This document shows, piece after piece, positions 1 to 10,620 of a stretch of DNA of 64,000 bases. The notes beneath the pieces were generated by a model. That model had not been told where the DNA came from. It worked only from the letters and a program-made list of their open reading frames with translations, and searched no databases. Origin of the DNA: Thermoplasmatota archaeon (GTDB lineage: Archaea > Thermoplasmatota > JAKEGO01); contig JANQNK010000001.1 in NCBI GenBank assembly GCA_028279595.1, positions 128,001 through 192,000 on the forward strand, in the 5' to 3' direction. The translations under genes and the position numbers were made by a program. Numbering within the stretch: the stretch's first letter is position 1; each line of letters starts with the position of its first letter.

Positions 1-1
1 G

Positions 2-2038
2 GTCTCCTCCGACGGCGGACCCATCGGCTGGGAGCTCGTAGGGCCTCCATGGCTGTACATCGATCCCGCGACCGGACTCATGTCCGGTACCCCCACGAAC
101 GACGACGTCAACGACACCAACGTGACCATAACCCTCAAGGACGGAAAGGGAGGCAGGGCCACCCACGAGTTCATCCTTCAGGTATTCAACACGGACCCAG
201 TGATCCTGACGGAACCGATCAACACGACGATCGAAGGCCTTCCGTTCGGTCTTGCGCTTAGGTCGACCGACGACGGCGAGAACACCGTCTGGAGGGTCTG
301 GACCGACGCCTACTGGCTGACCTACAACACCACGGTGAACTCAGTCTACGGGACCCCGGGCGAGCTCGTGATAGGCACCTACTACATCAACATGTCAGTG
401 AAGGACGGCTTCGGGGCGTCCGACTACCTCAACTTCACACTCGAGGTGATCAATGCACCCCCGGTCCTCTCGATCCCATACATCCCGCCGCTTCCGGAGG
501 ATGAGCCCTTCGAGGCGATGATCCGGTCCTCGGACCCGGTATCGTTGTGGGAGTTCTCGTCCGACTCGGACTGGCTCGGTTTCAATACTACCAGCGGGAG
601 GCTACACGGCACTCCGGATAACAGCGACGTCGGGACCTGGACCGCCAACGTGACGGCCACCGACGGATACGGTATGTCCGCGTCGGTCGAGCTCACCATC
701 ATCGTCGAGAACACCCCTCCGGACATCACGCCATATCCCCCTCTCGAGTTGGTCGAGGAACAGCTCTACAGGGTCGACTTCAACACGACGGACACCCCGG
801 AGAGCTGGACCTTCGAGGGCCCCTCGTGGCTCACCATCGACGAAGACTCGGGCATCCTCTGGGGCGTTCCGGGGGACGCTGACTTCGGAGCGTTCGAGGT
901 GACGGTCAACGTGTCCGACGGGAACGGCGGATACGCCGAACTGCCCTTCGTGATCGACGTGGAGAACATCAACGACGCCCCCGTCATCGCAGGGACGGAT
1001 GTCCCGGTGACCAATGCCACGGAACCGTACCTGGTGGAATACATCGGAACTGACCCCGACGGCGATACTACAACGTGGGGTCTGGTCACGAACGCCACCT
1101 TCCTCTCCATATCGACCAATGGAACCCTCACGGGCCTCCCGACGAACGACAACGAGGGCGCCTATCCGGTCTCGATCTTCCTCAGGGACCCCTCAGGCAA
1201 CACCACCTGGAGGAACTTCACCCTGATCGTCCTCTACAAGGACCTCGCTCCGACGCTGAACGGCGGCACCGTCACCCCGAACAGCGGTGACACTGACACC
1301 AGGTTCCATTTCACGGTCTGGTACTTCGATCCAGAGGGCGCTCCGCCGGCGAGCATTATGGTGGTGATCGACGGGAAGGAACTGCCGATGAAGTTGAGCG
1401 AGGAGGAGGCATCCAATGGCCTCTACAGGTTCACGACCGATCTGAGCAGGGGTGTACATACCTACTACTTCCGGGCGAACGACGGAACCAGCCAGGCCGA
1501 GGCAACCGGTGGGACCCCGACAGAGACGAACGCCGCGACAGTGGGCGTCAAGAAGGGCGAGGACCTCTCCAACGTGATATTCTACGACATCGTACTCATC
1601 GCCGTCCTCGTTGCGATCCTGGTGATCGCCCTTGGTTATCTGGTTGCACCCGACAGGATGTCGGGGATCCTCGGAAGGGTGATCCCCTCGGGTGGGACCA
1701 AGAGGAAACGTCCGCCAGCGACACCGCCAAGCGAGGACGAGGATGACCCGGACCCCTTCCACAGGCCCAGGCGGGATGTCCCGCCGCCGAGGAGGCGCAC
1801 CGGCGCCGTCAGGCCGATGGTGCGAAGTGATGGACCACCTCCGGATGGTGAGGAAGAGGTCCGAGAGGGATCAGGGGTCCCCGAGGACCCAGGACCGGAG
1901 ATCGGTCCCGAGAGGACGAGGTCCCCTTCGGGGAGTGGACGGGTGGCGGAGCCGATCGAGGAGGACGAGACCGATCCGCTCGACATGGAGGGCGCCGTGG
2001 CCATGAGATACTCCGATCTGCCTAAGAAGCGTCGCTGA
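2..2038 (+). CDS. Cell-surface protein with tandem cadherin-like/putative Ig domains, C-terminal TM helix and Pro/Arg/acidic tail (5' truncated by window)
   Basis: Frame is open from the window start (VSSDGGPIGWELVGPPWLYIDPATGLMSGTP). Repeated units of type WL.....G.L.GTP.N.DVG...V.V...DG.G; hydrophobic segment IVLIAVLVAILVIALGYLV. Confidence 0.8.
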   Translation, partial: VSSDGGPIGWELVGPPWLYIDPATGLMSGTPTNDDVNDTNVTITLKDGKGGRATHEFILQVFNTDPVILTEPINTTIEGLPFGLALRSTDDGENTVWRVWTDAYWLTYNTTVNSVYGTPGELVIGTYYINMSVKDGFGASDYLNFTLEVINAPPVLSIPYIPPLPEDEPFEAMIRSSDPVSLWEFSSDSDWLGFNTTSGRLHGTPDNSDVGTWTANVTATDGYGMSASVELTIIVENTPPDITPYPPLELVEEQLYRVDFNTTDTPESWTFEGPSWLTIDEDSGILWGVPGDADFGAFEVTVNVSDGNGGYAELPFVIDVENINDAPVIAGTDVPVTNATEPYLVEYIGTDPDGDTTTWGLVTNATFLSISTNGTLTGLPTNDNEGAYPVSIFLRDPSGNTTWRNFTLIVLYKDLAPTLNGGTVTPNSGDTDTRFHFTVWYFDPEGAPPASIMVVIDGKELPMKLSEEEASNGLYRFTTDLSRGVHTYYFRANDGTSQAEATGGTPTETNAATVGVKKGEDLSNVIFYDIVLIAVLVAILVIALGYLVAPDRMSGILGRVIPSGGTKRKRPPATPPSEDEDDPDPFHRPRRDVPPPRRRTGAVRPMVRSDGPPPDGEEEVREGSGVPEDPGPEIGPERTRSPSGSGRVAEPIEEDETDPLDMEGAVAMRYSDLPKKRR

Positions 2039-2342
2039 GTTAACCAACAACCTTTGACATCGTTCTGCCTGTCATCCATGGCTCAACCCGGAGGCGCACC
2101 TATGACCATGACCGGCTGATGTTTGGATCCGCATCTGAGGCATTGTACCCAGTCGATGCTGCCGTGCAGGTCCGTACGGTGAACCATGTGCGTCGTCTCG
2201 CTCTGACAGGACGGACAGTGGTTCGGTGCCTGTTCGAGCAACTAATGTCCCCCTCGCGGGAGACGGTAGGTCGTTCTGATTAATTAAGATTTCTCGGACC
2301 GTCCGGTCCAGGGTGTTACAAATGTCACGACCGGACCCGATT

Positions 2343-2395
2343 ATGATGAAAGTCGACAGCCAGTCCCCCAATGGAACACGTTCGAAGTCGTCTGA
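2343..2395 (+). ncRNA. Candidate box C/D sRNA
   Basis: Exact box C ATGATGA (2343-2349) and box D CTGA (2392-2395) spanning 53 nt in an intergenic gap; internal C'/D' boxes are not clear. Confidence 0.3.
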
Positions 2396-2476
2396 CAGCG
2401 GTCCATGAGCCTTTGAAACGGTTTCCATAAAACTCTTATATATATCAGAACTGACATTGACGACGGAGTGGTAACG

Positions 2477-5400
2477 ATGACGAAACCTACCATCCAGCAA
2501 CTGTGTCTGGCAGTGGGAGCGATAATCATTTTCCTGATGGTCCTCGGCGGCACCGCAGAGGCCGATTTCTTCAACCCGGTGGTGGAAGTGGACGAGATCA
2601 GGTGCATCAACGAGACCGGAAGGATGGAGTACGGTTTCCTAGACGACAACTACACGATCAAGGCCAAGGTGGACGTGGAGGATACAACACCCGGTACATC
2701 GGTCTTCAACATGGAGGTCACGTTCTACGACGATGGGACCCTGATCGAGACCGTCGATGTCGGCACTGTCGGATCGGGAGAGACAGTCATCGTTACAACG
2801 GAGTGGTACGGGCGCGAACCGACCGGATGGGACAACGAGCACAACATCCAGGTTGAGGTCGAAACCTCCAGCAACGATAACAATGACAACAACACCGACT
2901 TCGTCATTCATGAGCTGGGGGTAAGACTTGAGCTCGCCGACGGCGAGGAGGACGAGCGGACGGTCAACGAGGGAGGGACGGCTTCGTACTGGATGGAGAT
3001 CGAGAACACCGGAACCCTCAATGACACGTACAACCTCAACAATTCAGGTTACAACCCCAACGCCTGGGATGTCTGGTTCGAGAACGACATGGGTGTCGAG
3101 ATCGAATATATATATCTCGAGGAAGGCGAGATGGCCGATATATTCCTCAAGGTGAAGGAGGAGAACGCTGAAGGCAAGGACGTGAAGGCGGAGGTCATAT
3201 CCAATGCCTCATCTCAGATCAACGGAAGCATCTACGACACCGAGGAGACCACTACCAGTGTTGCGGCACAGATACTGATCGTCGACGCCGCCGACACTAA
3301 CAAGGACTCGGTCACCAGCTATTACGAGGATGCACTGGACGAGGAGGGCTACAGCTACAATGTCCACAACAATCGCGAGGACCCGATAACCGCGGGCGAC
3401 ATGTCATTCTACTCCGTCGTGATCTGGGTGGAACCAGACAGCGGCCTCTCTCAGGACGAGACCGACAACGTCACAGACTACCTGGACGAAGGCGACGAGG
3501 ACGACAAGAGGTCGCTATTCATCAGCGGCAAGGACATCGCCGAGCACGCCGATCAGACCACCTGGGGGAGGAAGTTCCTCAGGAAGTACATGGAGGTCGA
3601 GTTCTCGGAGTCTTCCACGAGCGCGACGACCCTGCAAGGTCGGAACCATCCAGTAGGTGGTAACATCGACCTGGACATCTCCCTGGGTGGACAGGGCGAC
3701 GGCGCCAGGAACCAGGACCATCCCGACAATCTCACCGTCGGAGGGGAAGCCGAGGCCGATGCGATCTTCGAGTATTACGGAAGTGACATCGGCGGAACCA
3801 GCTACGAGGGTGATACCTACAACAGCGTATTCTTCTCGTTCGGTTTCGAGGGCATCAACAGCGAATCCGATAGGTTCGAGGTGATGGCCAGGATCATGCG
3901 CTACTTCCAGGGCGGATGCGACGGCTTCGCCAAGGACAGCGACGACGAGTACATCGAAGGCGCCACCGTCGAGCTCGTCGGGACCCAGTACACTACCGAG
4001 ACCGACCCGAAGGGCTACTACTTCTTCACAGGGGTCGCTCCGGGAGAGTACACGGTCCGTTGCCGAGCGGAGGGATACGAGGACCCCGAGGACAAGGAGG
4101 TGACCATTTCACGGGGAACCCTGAAGCGCGTGTCCACCTTCATATTGCAGATCAAGCCGGCCGAGATCCAGGGAGTCGTGACGAACCGGACGGACCAGCC
4201 GGTCGAGAATGCCAAGATCACGTTCAAGGGCAAGGGCACCGTCTCCCACCGGACCTACATCGTATGGACCGACTTCGACGGCGAATACGACCTCGAGGTC
4301 GCCGAGGGGACGTACGATGTGAACATATCCAAGCAGGGCCACTGGCCTGAGGCATACACTGACATCGAGGCCGAGGAGGGCGCAGCTGCGACCTGGGCCA
4401 ACTTCACAGTGTACGAGATGCAGAATCCCGGCAACTTCACCGGATACATAGATTACGACGGCACCCCGCTCGAGGGCCTGTACTTCAAGATATTCGAACT
4501 CGATAACATCACGGTGTATACCAACGAGGATGGGATCGTTCCCGAGACGATGGTCCCTGGTGGGAACTACACCGGAGAGATCCGCATCATGCCGGATACG
4601 TTCGCTTTCAACAAGAGCCTCAAGAAGCAGGAGTTCGAGATGGAGGTCACCGAGGGAGAGACCATATGGGTGAACCGGACGCTCGAGGCCGGCGCCGAGG
4701 GCACCGTAATGGGCCGGGTCACTGACAATACGGCCGAACAGAAACCCCTGAGAGACGCCGACATCGAGTTCGAGGACTCCGAGGACGGCACGATCCTTGG
4801 CGTTAGAGGTGACACCGACTCCAACGGGGATTACAGTGTCGAGATCCCCATCGGCTACTACAACGTCACGGCATCCAAACCGGGCTATGCCACCAAGACG
4901 AAGGTCGTTCGTGTCAGGGAGGGCGAGGAGGTCGAGATCGACTTCAAGCTGCCTCCTGGTGAGACCAAGGAGGGCCACATCCAGGTGAACACCACCTCGA
5001 ACTACGGAGACAAGCTCGCGGACGTCGCGGTAACCCTGCAGGAGACCGAATACGTCAACGAGGAATCCGGGAGGACGCAGCGCGCCTCCGACGGATCGGC
5101 GGCGTCGGTCAAGTTCCAGAACCTCCCGCTCGACTCGTACACCATCGTTCTCGATGGCTATCAGAAGGACTTCGTCATTGAACAGACCGTTTCCGACATC
5201 GTCATCGAGGAGGACGGCCAGTGGGTGTTCGTCGACGTCGAGATGGACGTCATCCTGCCGATCGTATCAGGTACGATATCTGACCAAACCGGATCGGTCG
5301 CGATCGAGGGAGCCACCGTCAGGATCGAAGGGATGGGCCTTACAGACACGACGGATTCGAACGGAGAATACTCGATCAACCTCGGAGTTCCGGACTACAA

Positions 5401-6091
5401 CAATTACGACTTCAAGTACGAGGACTTCCTGTTCGACATCAACGTCACCACCGACCTGAACTACAAGGCGCAAAATCAGTACAATCATACAGCCGGACTT
5501 GGGGACGAGACCATCGCCAACTTCTTCCTGATCCCGGGTCCCGAGCCCAACAGGCCGCCAACCGCCGACGCGGGCGGGGACCAGGAGGTCTATCTAGGCG
5601 ATGACGTCATTCTCGATGGGACCGACTCCGAGGACGAGGATGGATACATCGAGACATACACCTGGAACATCGACGGAGCGAACATCAACGGCGAGACCCT
5701 TACCTACACACTCTTCGACGAGATCGGGGACTACGAGGTGACCCTGACCGTTGTTGACAACGAGGGCGCCGAGGATACGGACACGATCACAATATCCATC
5801 GTGAACCCGCCATCACAGCCGAGCGATAAGGGCGACGACGACCTCCCGATGACCACGATCGCAATGGCCGGTATCGGCATCGTCGTCGTCATCGTCCTCG
5901 TCGTAGTGATGTCGAAGAAGAAGCCTCCAGAGCAAGCCCAGACCGCACAGCCGGCTCAGCAGGCTCCACCCCCGCCGGGAATGCAGCCACCGACGCTTCA
6001 GCAGCCGCAGACGCCCCCTCCCGGGGCTCCGCAGCCACCGCCATTACAACCGGTACAACAGTATCCACCCAATCAATATCCACCGCAGTAG
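2477..6091 (+). CDS. Large surface glycoprotein: signal peptide, CARDB/Ig-like and carboxypeptidase-regulatory-like repeats, PKD domain, TM helix, Pro/Gln-rich tail
   Basis: N-terminal hydrophobic signal; repeats IEGATV....TTTD.NG.Y; PKD motif NRPPTADAGGDQ...LDGTDSEDEDG; TM IAMAGIGIVVVIVLVVVM; PPQ-rich end; TATA-like TTATATATA at about 2436-2444. Confidence 0.8.
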   Translation: MTKPTIQQLCLAVGAIIIFLMVLGGTAEADFFNPVVEVDEIRCINETGRMEYGFLDDNYTIKAKVDVEDTTPGTSVFNMEVTFYDDGTLIETVDVGTVGSGETVIVTTEWYGREPTGWDNEHNIQVEVETSSNDNNDNNTDFVIHELGVRLELADGEEDERTVNEGGTASYWMEIENTGTLNDTYNLNNSGYNPNAWDVWFENDMGVEIEYIYLEEGEMADIFLKVKEENAEGKDVKAEVISNASSQINGSIYDTEETTTSVAAQILIVDAADTNKDSVTSYYEDALDEEGYSYNVHNNREDPITAGDMSFYSVVIWVEPDSGLSQDETDNVTDYLDEGDEDDKRSLFISGKDIAEHADQTTWGRKFLRKYMEVEFSESSTSATTLQGRNHPVGGNIDLDISLGGQGDGARNQDHPDNLTVGGEAEADAIFEYYGSDIGGTSYEGDTYNSVFFSFGFEGINSESDRFEVMARIMRYFQGGCDGFAKDSDDEYIEGATVELVGTQYTTETDPKGYYFFTGVAPGEYTVRCRAEGYEDPEDKEVTISRGTLKRVSTFILQIKPAEIQGVVTNRTDQPVENAKITFKGKGTVSHRTYIVWTDFDGEYDLEVAEGTYDVNISKQGHWPEAYTDIEAEEGAAATWANFTVYEMQNPGNFTGYIDYDGTPLEGLYFKIFELDNITVYTNEDGIVPETMVPGGNYTGEIRIMPDTFAFNKSLKKQEFEMEVTEGETIWVNRTLEAGAEGTVMGRVTDNTAEQKPLRDADIEFEDSEDGTILGVRGDTDSNGDYSVEIPIGYYNVTASKPGYATKTKVVRVREGEEVEIDFKLPPGETKEGHIQVNTTSNYGDKLADVAVTLQETEYVNEESGRTQRASDGSAASVKFQNLPLDSYTIVLDGYQKDFVIEQTVSDIVIEEDGQWVFVDVEMDVILPIVSGTISDQTGSVAIEGATVRIEGMGLTDTTDSNGEYSINLGVPDYNNYDFKYEDFLFDINVTTDLNYKAQNQYNHTAGLGDETIANFFLIPGPEPNRPPTADAGGDQEVYLGDDVILDGTDSEDEDGYIETYTWNIDGANINGETLTYTLFDEIGDYEVTLTVVDNEGAEDTDTITISIVNPPSQPSDKGDDDLPMTTIAMAGIGIVVVIVLVVVMSKKKPPEQAQTAQPAQQAPPPPGMQPPTLQQPQTPPPGAPQPPPLQPVQQYPPNQYPPQ

Positions 6092-6097
6092 TTACGC

Positions 6098-7291
6098 TCA
6101 CCAGCCGAAGTCCTCTCCGATGAGGTCGTAGAGACGCTTGTTGTGAGGTTCGTAGAATTCATTCAGCCTGGACCTCAGCGCATCGTCTATCTCTGGATAG
6201 TGCGAGACGTTGTACCGTCTGAACTCCCCGAAGTCGTGACCGGGCAGTCCGAGGAACCTCAGGACACGCTTCATCCCCTTGCCGGGGTCGGCGCTGAAGT
6301 CCTCGTTCTTCAGGACCAGTATGTTCTTCCGCGGGAACAGGTCGAACCAGACCTTGAGCTGGTCGGCGTAGATCCCTCTCGTGACGTATGAATAGTGCTT
6401 GTGGTCGATGCTGATGTAGGAGCTGTCGTCTGCTATCCTGCCAGCCTCTCCCTTGATCCGGGCCTCCTCCCTGTCGAAAGCCTCGTCCATTGGCAGGAGC
6501 TCCCAGCCCTTCCTCACCTGATGGTAATAGTTGGAGATCGCCCGGTCCACGGGGTCTCTGAGGATGGCCATCAGCTTCACATCCGGCAGCAGTGCCTTCA
6601 CCCTCTTGGCGGCCAGGGGATGGTACATGTAGTACGGACTTGACTCGCCTGTCACGTATCCCTTGAGCCTCTTGATCGATCTTGGCGGGAAGTGGGCCCT
6701 GTACCAGCCCTCGCCGTTCGAGTGGTTCTCATCGAAGAAGTGGACCTCCTTCCTGAACGCTGGAGCCACCCTCGGGTGTCGGATGACATAGTTGTAGAGC
6801 GAGGTGGTCCCAGCTCTCTGGGCGCCGATTATCAGGAAGTCAGGCAGTGCCCTGAGCGAGGATGTCATCGTCCTGTGCCGGCTGATGACCGGCCGCTGCA
6901 TTATCCTGAGGAAGGGAGCCCTCTCTGTGGGGAAGTCCAGCCCCTCCCGGGGTATCCCCTGGCCCAATCCATGCTGGACCGCCTTCCCCCAGCTGGAGTC
7001 CCTCCTCCTGGGCAGGTCGAAGGTCCTGTCGTTGAACACGACCTTGATCACGTCCTCGTTCCAGAAATGGATGTACCATCCATCCCTGACGTGGGGCCTG
7101 AGCTTCTCGACCCCCTCGTCGTCACAGTTGATGAAGTAGATGTGTGCGCGACCCAGCTTTCCGTCTATCGGCATGAATGGCTTTGTGACGAACACCCTCT
7201 CGATGTCGTACTTGTTAACCGCCTCCGGCTCCGCCAGTCCCTCGGCGATCACCGCTCCGCGGTATTCCGCTTTCGCTACGTCGTCGGACAC
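6098..7291 (-). CDS. PAPS-dependent sulfotransferase fused to an uncharacterised ~125-aa N-terminal domain
   Basis: 5'-PSB motif FLIIGAQRAGTTSL, KEVHFFD, GESSPYY, 3'-PB motif ILRDPVDRAISNY, end FYEPHN.RL. Confidence 0.85.
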   Translation of the reverse strand: MSDDVAKAEYRGAVIAEGLAEPEAVNKYDIERVFVTKPFMPIDGKLGRAHIYFINCDDEGVEKLRPHVRDGWYIHFWNEDVIKVVFNDRTFDLPRRRDSSWGKAVQHGLGQGIPREGLDFPTERAPFLRIMQRPVISRHRTMTSSLRALPDFLIIGAQRAGTTSLYNYVIRHPRVAPAFRKEVHFFDENHSNGEGWYRAHFPPRSIKRLKGYVTGESSPYYMYHPLAAKRVKALLPDVKLMAILRDPVDRAISNYYHQVRKGWELLPMDEAFDREEARIKGEAGRIADDSSYISIDHKHYSYVTRGIYADQLKVWFDLFPRKNILVLKNEDFSADPGKGMKRVLRFLGLPGHDFGEFRRYNVSHYPEIDDALRSRLNEFYEPHNKRLYDLIGEDFGW

Positions 7292-7336
7292 GTCAAAAGC
7301 AAGGATGCTGGCCTATATGAAGATTGTGAACGACGG

Positions 7337-9028
7337 TCAACCCAGTCCAGGCATCACAGTCTCCATCATCATCGCGACGATGACAGACACGATGGCCCCT
7401 GTCCAGACCATGGCGACGAAGTGGACCAGCGACCCTACCTTGTGCCCGCCGCTCAGGATGCTCAGAAGGATGGCGGAGATGAGGGCGTGGACCACCACCA
7501 GGATCAGGATGATTATCGCCATGGCGTTGACGTTGAAGAAGTTGTACTCCAGTACAGTTACCGACTCGAAACCCACCGGCGTGGAGAGGTCCGCCCAGAT
7601 GTCCTGGACCCGCTCCAGTATCTCGACGGTGATGTACATCGCGAAGGCCACCGCGATCATGAGGCCGTAGAGCATGCCTGTGAGGTCCCCCGCGGACTGG
7701 TACCTCTTCTTCCTCAGACCGAGGATCCTGACGAAGTTCTTGCTGATCAGGTTCGTCATGCCCTTGGACCGCCCGCCGGCACGGAACCCTTCGACATACA
7801 TGTCGCTGAACTTCGAGATGAGGTCGCTTCCGGTCTCCGCGCCGAAGTGCCGCCACGAGGTCCGGGCGTCGATGCCCGTGGACAGCCGTTTCGACAGCGC
7901 CTTGATGTTCGCCGTCAGCGGCCCGAAGTTGTGCATCGAAAGCTTCCTCAGCGCCTGCGTGGCGGCGATGGACCTCGCCTCGGCGGTGGAGCCCAACGTC
8001 CTCATGAAGGCAGGATAGTTGTCGTCCCTTCGCCTGATCTTGTCCTCCTCCACCTGCGTGATGTATCCGGGATACGCCAGCGGGGTGAGGCCGATGGCCG
8101 CGATGATCGGCCAGGAACGGTAGGACCACATCCCCATGCCCCGACCCATGTCGCTCAGGCCGAACGCGATGAGGGCGAGGCTCAGTGCCACCGTGGCGAC
8201 GACCGCTGCCACGAGCGCAGTCTGGATCCTCCGCTCGGCGTCGTTCTTGATCCCGGTCTTGTGCCAGACCGATTCCATGGGCAGGGACGCGCTGGCGACG
8301 TACACGAACCCGATCTCAATGACGGTGAACAGGAAGAGGGCAAGCGCCATCAACGAAGTGACGCTCCTGCCCGTGAGGATGGGGAGGAATGCGACGATCG
8401 CGATCACGAACATGGCCGCGATGATCATCGCGACGTAGATCTCCTTCATCAGGTCCATGTCCCGGAGGACGCCCTCGTACCTGATCGCATACTGGTCCAG
8501 CACGACGTCCTGCTCGTTGGAGAAGAACTCCGATTCCGACTGGCCCCCCTCGATGGAGAAGGCGAACCTCTCGAGGAAGTCCGCGAGCAGTTTTGACGGT
8601 GTCTGTTCCGAGACCTGGCGCGCAGCCTCCGAGAGCGTAAGCCTCCAGGTCTTGACAAGGTGGAATATCTTGGCGATCTCGTTCCCCATGACCTCGTACT
8701 CCTCCATCCCGTGGAGGAGTTCGACGAACGTCATTCGCGGGATCTCCTGGCTCGTGATAACTCCCATCCGCGTGATGAAGAGGTGCATCTCCTCGTCTAT
8801 CTCCCGCCCCTTCCTCTGGTAGACGATCACCGGGTACAGGGCGACGAAGACCACTGATATCGCTATGACACCCGTCAGAAGTACGAAGATGAGCAGTGTG
8901 ATCCAGGGAACGTAAAGAGCGATGAGGACGATGGCGGCCAGGGCCCCGAGGACCGCCGGCAGTGCGAACCTGAGAAGGTAAGCGCCCGGCGTCGTCCCGA
9001 AGGTCGTGTATGCCGTCCTGAACTGCAT
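7337..9028 (-). CDS. arlJ: Archaellum assembly membrane platform protein ArlJ/FlaJ
   Basis: Polytopic membrane protein with two T2SSF-like domains (MHLFITRMG, RRRDDNYPAFMRTLG); directly downstream of arlI. Confidence 0.92.
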   Translation of the reverse strand: MQFRTAYTTFGTTPGAYLLRFALPAVLGALAAIVLIALYVPWITLLIFVLLTGVIAISVVFVALYPVIVYQRKGREIDEEMHLFITRMGVITSQEIPRMTFVELLHGMEEYEVMGNEIAKIFHLVKTWRLTLSEAARQVSEQTPSKLLADFLERFAFSIEGGQSESEFFSNEQDVVLDQYAIRYEGVLRDMDLMKEIYVAMIIAAMFVIAIVAFLPILTGRSVTSLMALALFLFTVIEIGFVYVASASLPMESVWHKTGIKNDAERRIQTALVAAVVATVALSLALIAFGLSDMGRGMGMWSYRSWPIIAAIGLTPLAYPGYITQVEEDKIRRRDDNYPAFMRTLGSTAEARSIAATQALRKLSMHNFGPLTANIKALSKRLSTGIDARTSWRHFGAETGSDLISKFSDMYVEGFRAGGRSKGMTNLISKNFVRILGLRKKRYQSAGDLTGMLYGLMIAVAFAMYITVEILERVQDIWADLSTPVGFESVTVLEYNFFNVNAMAIIILILVVVHALISAILLSILSGGHKVGSLVHFVAMVWTGAIVSVIVAMMMETVMPGLG

Positions 9029-9032
9029 CGGG

Positions 9033-10613
9033 TCACCTCAGGTAGTCTGGAAGTCCTTCCAGACCCTTCTGGTAGTACCTCCGGAAGATGGCGTTCACCT
9101 GCCTGTACCCGAACATCCGCCTCTCGACCATCCGCGAGATGATCTCCGCCCTCCTGTCGAGGACGGTGTAGATCTCCCTGATGTCGGCTAGACCCATCTT
9201 GGGCGCGATAAGGTTCTCGAGGATGTGGCTGTTGAACCTTCCCCTGAACCTGTGGACGTCCTCCACGGGATCCCACTGGAAGACCGTCCTCGTGAGCACT
9301 CCGCCCTTCGCCGGCGAGAACCTGAGGATCTCCTCGAGGGTGCTCACCCTCCTCGTGATGCGGCCGCGCTCGTAGATCAGGAGCTGGAACAGCGCGATGT
9401 TCAGGTTGTCGATGAACCTGATGGGGACGTTGATCGGGTCGCCGGTGAACCTCTGTATCAGCTTGCTGATGGAGGACGCATGGAACGTCGATATGACCGG
9501 ATGGCCGGTCTGCATGGCCTGGAACGCGACGTTTCCTTCGCGGCCCCTGATCTCACCCACAACGATGTAATCGGGACGTGACCTCAGGGCCGCCTTGATG
9601 AGGTCGAAGAGCTCGACACGGGCTTCCTCGGGGCCCGCCTCCCTGGTGATCAGCCTCTGCCAGACGTTGTGCGGAACGACCACCTCCGGTGTGTCCTCCG
9701 CCGTGTAGATCTTGAAATTGTGATTGATGAACGACAGCATCGAGTTCAGGCTCGTCGTCTTGCCGGACGCGGTCTCCCCGGAGATTATCACGTTCATCGA
9801 GTATTCCAGCGCCATCCACATGTACGCTGCCATTTCGGGGCTCAACGTCCCCCAGTCGACGAGCTGGGTGACGGTCAGGGGCTCCTCCGCGAACTTCCTG
9901 ATGGTGAAGGACGCCCCCTCCTTGCTGACGTCGTCGCTGTAGATGATGTTGATACGCGACCCGTCGGGCAGGGCGGCGTCGATGATCGGGTTGGTGTCGG
10001 AGACAGGCTTGCCAATCCTCTCGCTGAGGAGCCTCAGGTAGGCGTCCAGCTCCCCCGCGTCCCTGAACATGACGTTCGTCTCGAGCATCCCGAAGATCTT
10101 GTGGACGATGTGGATCGAGCGGGTCCCGACGCTGTGTATGTCCTCGAGGTTGGGGTCGTGTAGGAGCGGTTCGATCTTGCCGTTCTGGATGAAGTCGCGC
10201 TTCATCCTGTACTCTATCTTCTTCTGCTGCTCCCCCGACACCCTCGGACCCATCCTGATCGCCTTCTTGAGGAGGTCGCTCATCGCCTCCTGGAACGCCT
10301 CGGTGTCCTCCGGGGTCACTTCCATCTCGGTGGCCATGTTCAGGATGAGCTTGAGGAGACGTTGATAGACCTCCTCGTCCTTCTCATCGAGCTGTGGCTC
10401 GACTATCGCGTAGTGCCACTTCCTGTCCTTGTCGACGTAGACGTGGGCGTATGTCTCCTCTTCCAGCGGATAGATGAGGTTCGGGTTCGGCAGCCGCCGC
10501 ATGTTGGGGACCAGTTTGTTGTGGAAGTGCGGCCTGGACAGGCCTGACTCACGCTGGAAGTCCGTGATGTACTCCTGCAGATGCGCTGTTCTCCACAGTT
10601 CTTCCTTTGCCAT
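9033..10613 (-). CDS. arlI: Archaellum ATPase ArlI/FlaI
   Basis: Walker A GETASGKTT, ALRSRPDYIVVGEIRGREG, QAMQTGH, FTIRKF. Confidence 0.95.
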   Translation of the reverse strand: MAKEELWRTAHLQEYITDFQRESGLSRPHFHNKLVPNMRRLPNPNLIYPLEEETYAHVYVDKDRKWHYAIVEPQLDEKDEEVYQRLLKLILNMATEMEVTPEDTEAFQEAMSDLLKKAIRMGPRVSGEQQKKIEYRMKRDFIQNGKIEPLLHDPNLEDIHSVGTRSIHIVHKIFGMLETNVMFRDAGELDAYLRLLSERIGKPVSDTNPIIDAALPDGSRINIIYSDDVSKEGASFTIRKFAEEPLTVTQLVDWGTLSPEMAAYMWMALEYSMNVIISGETASGKTTSLNSMLSFINHNFKIYTAEDTPEVVVPHNVWQRLITREAGPEEARVELFDLIKAALRSRPDYIVVGEIRGREGNVAFQAMQTGHPVISTFHASSISKLIQRFTGDPINVPIRFIDNLNIALFQLLIYERGRITRRVSTLEEILRFSPAKGGVLTRTVFQWDPVEDVHRFRGRFNSHILENLIAPKMGLADIREIYTVLDRRAEIISRMVERRMFGYRQVNAIFRRYYQKGLEGLPDYLR

Positions 10614-10620
10614 CTTCCGG

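Noticed and set aside
6692-8596. 634-aa + strand ORF and other long antisense ORFs (29864-31330, 19768-20940, 41219-42235, 53352-54545)
   Set aside because: They are shadows of well-supported genes on the opposite strand, caused by high-GC codon bias, and have no recognisable motifs.
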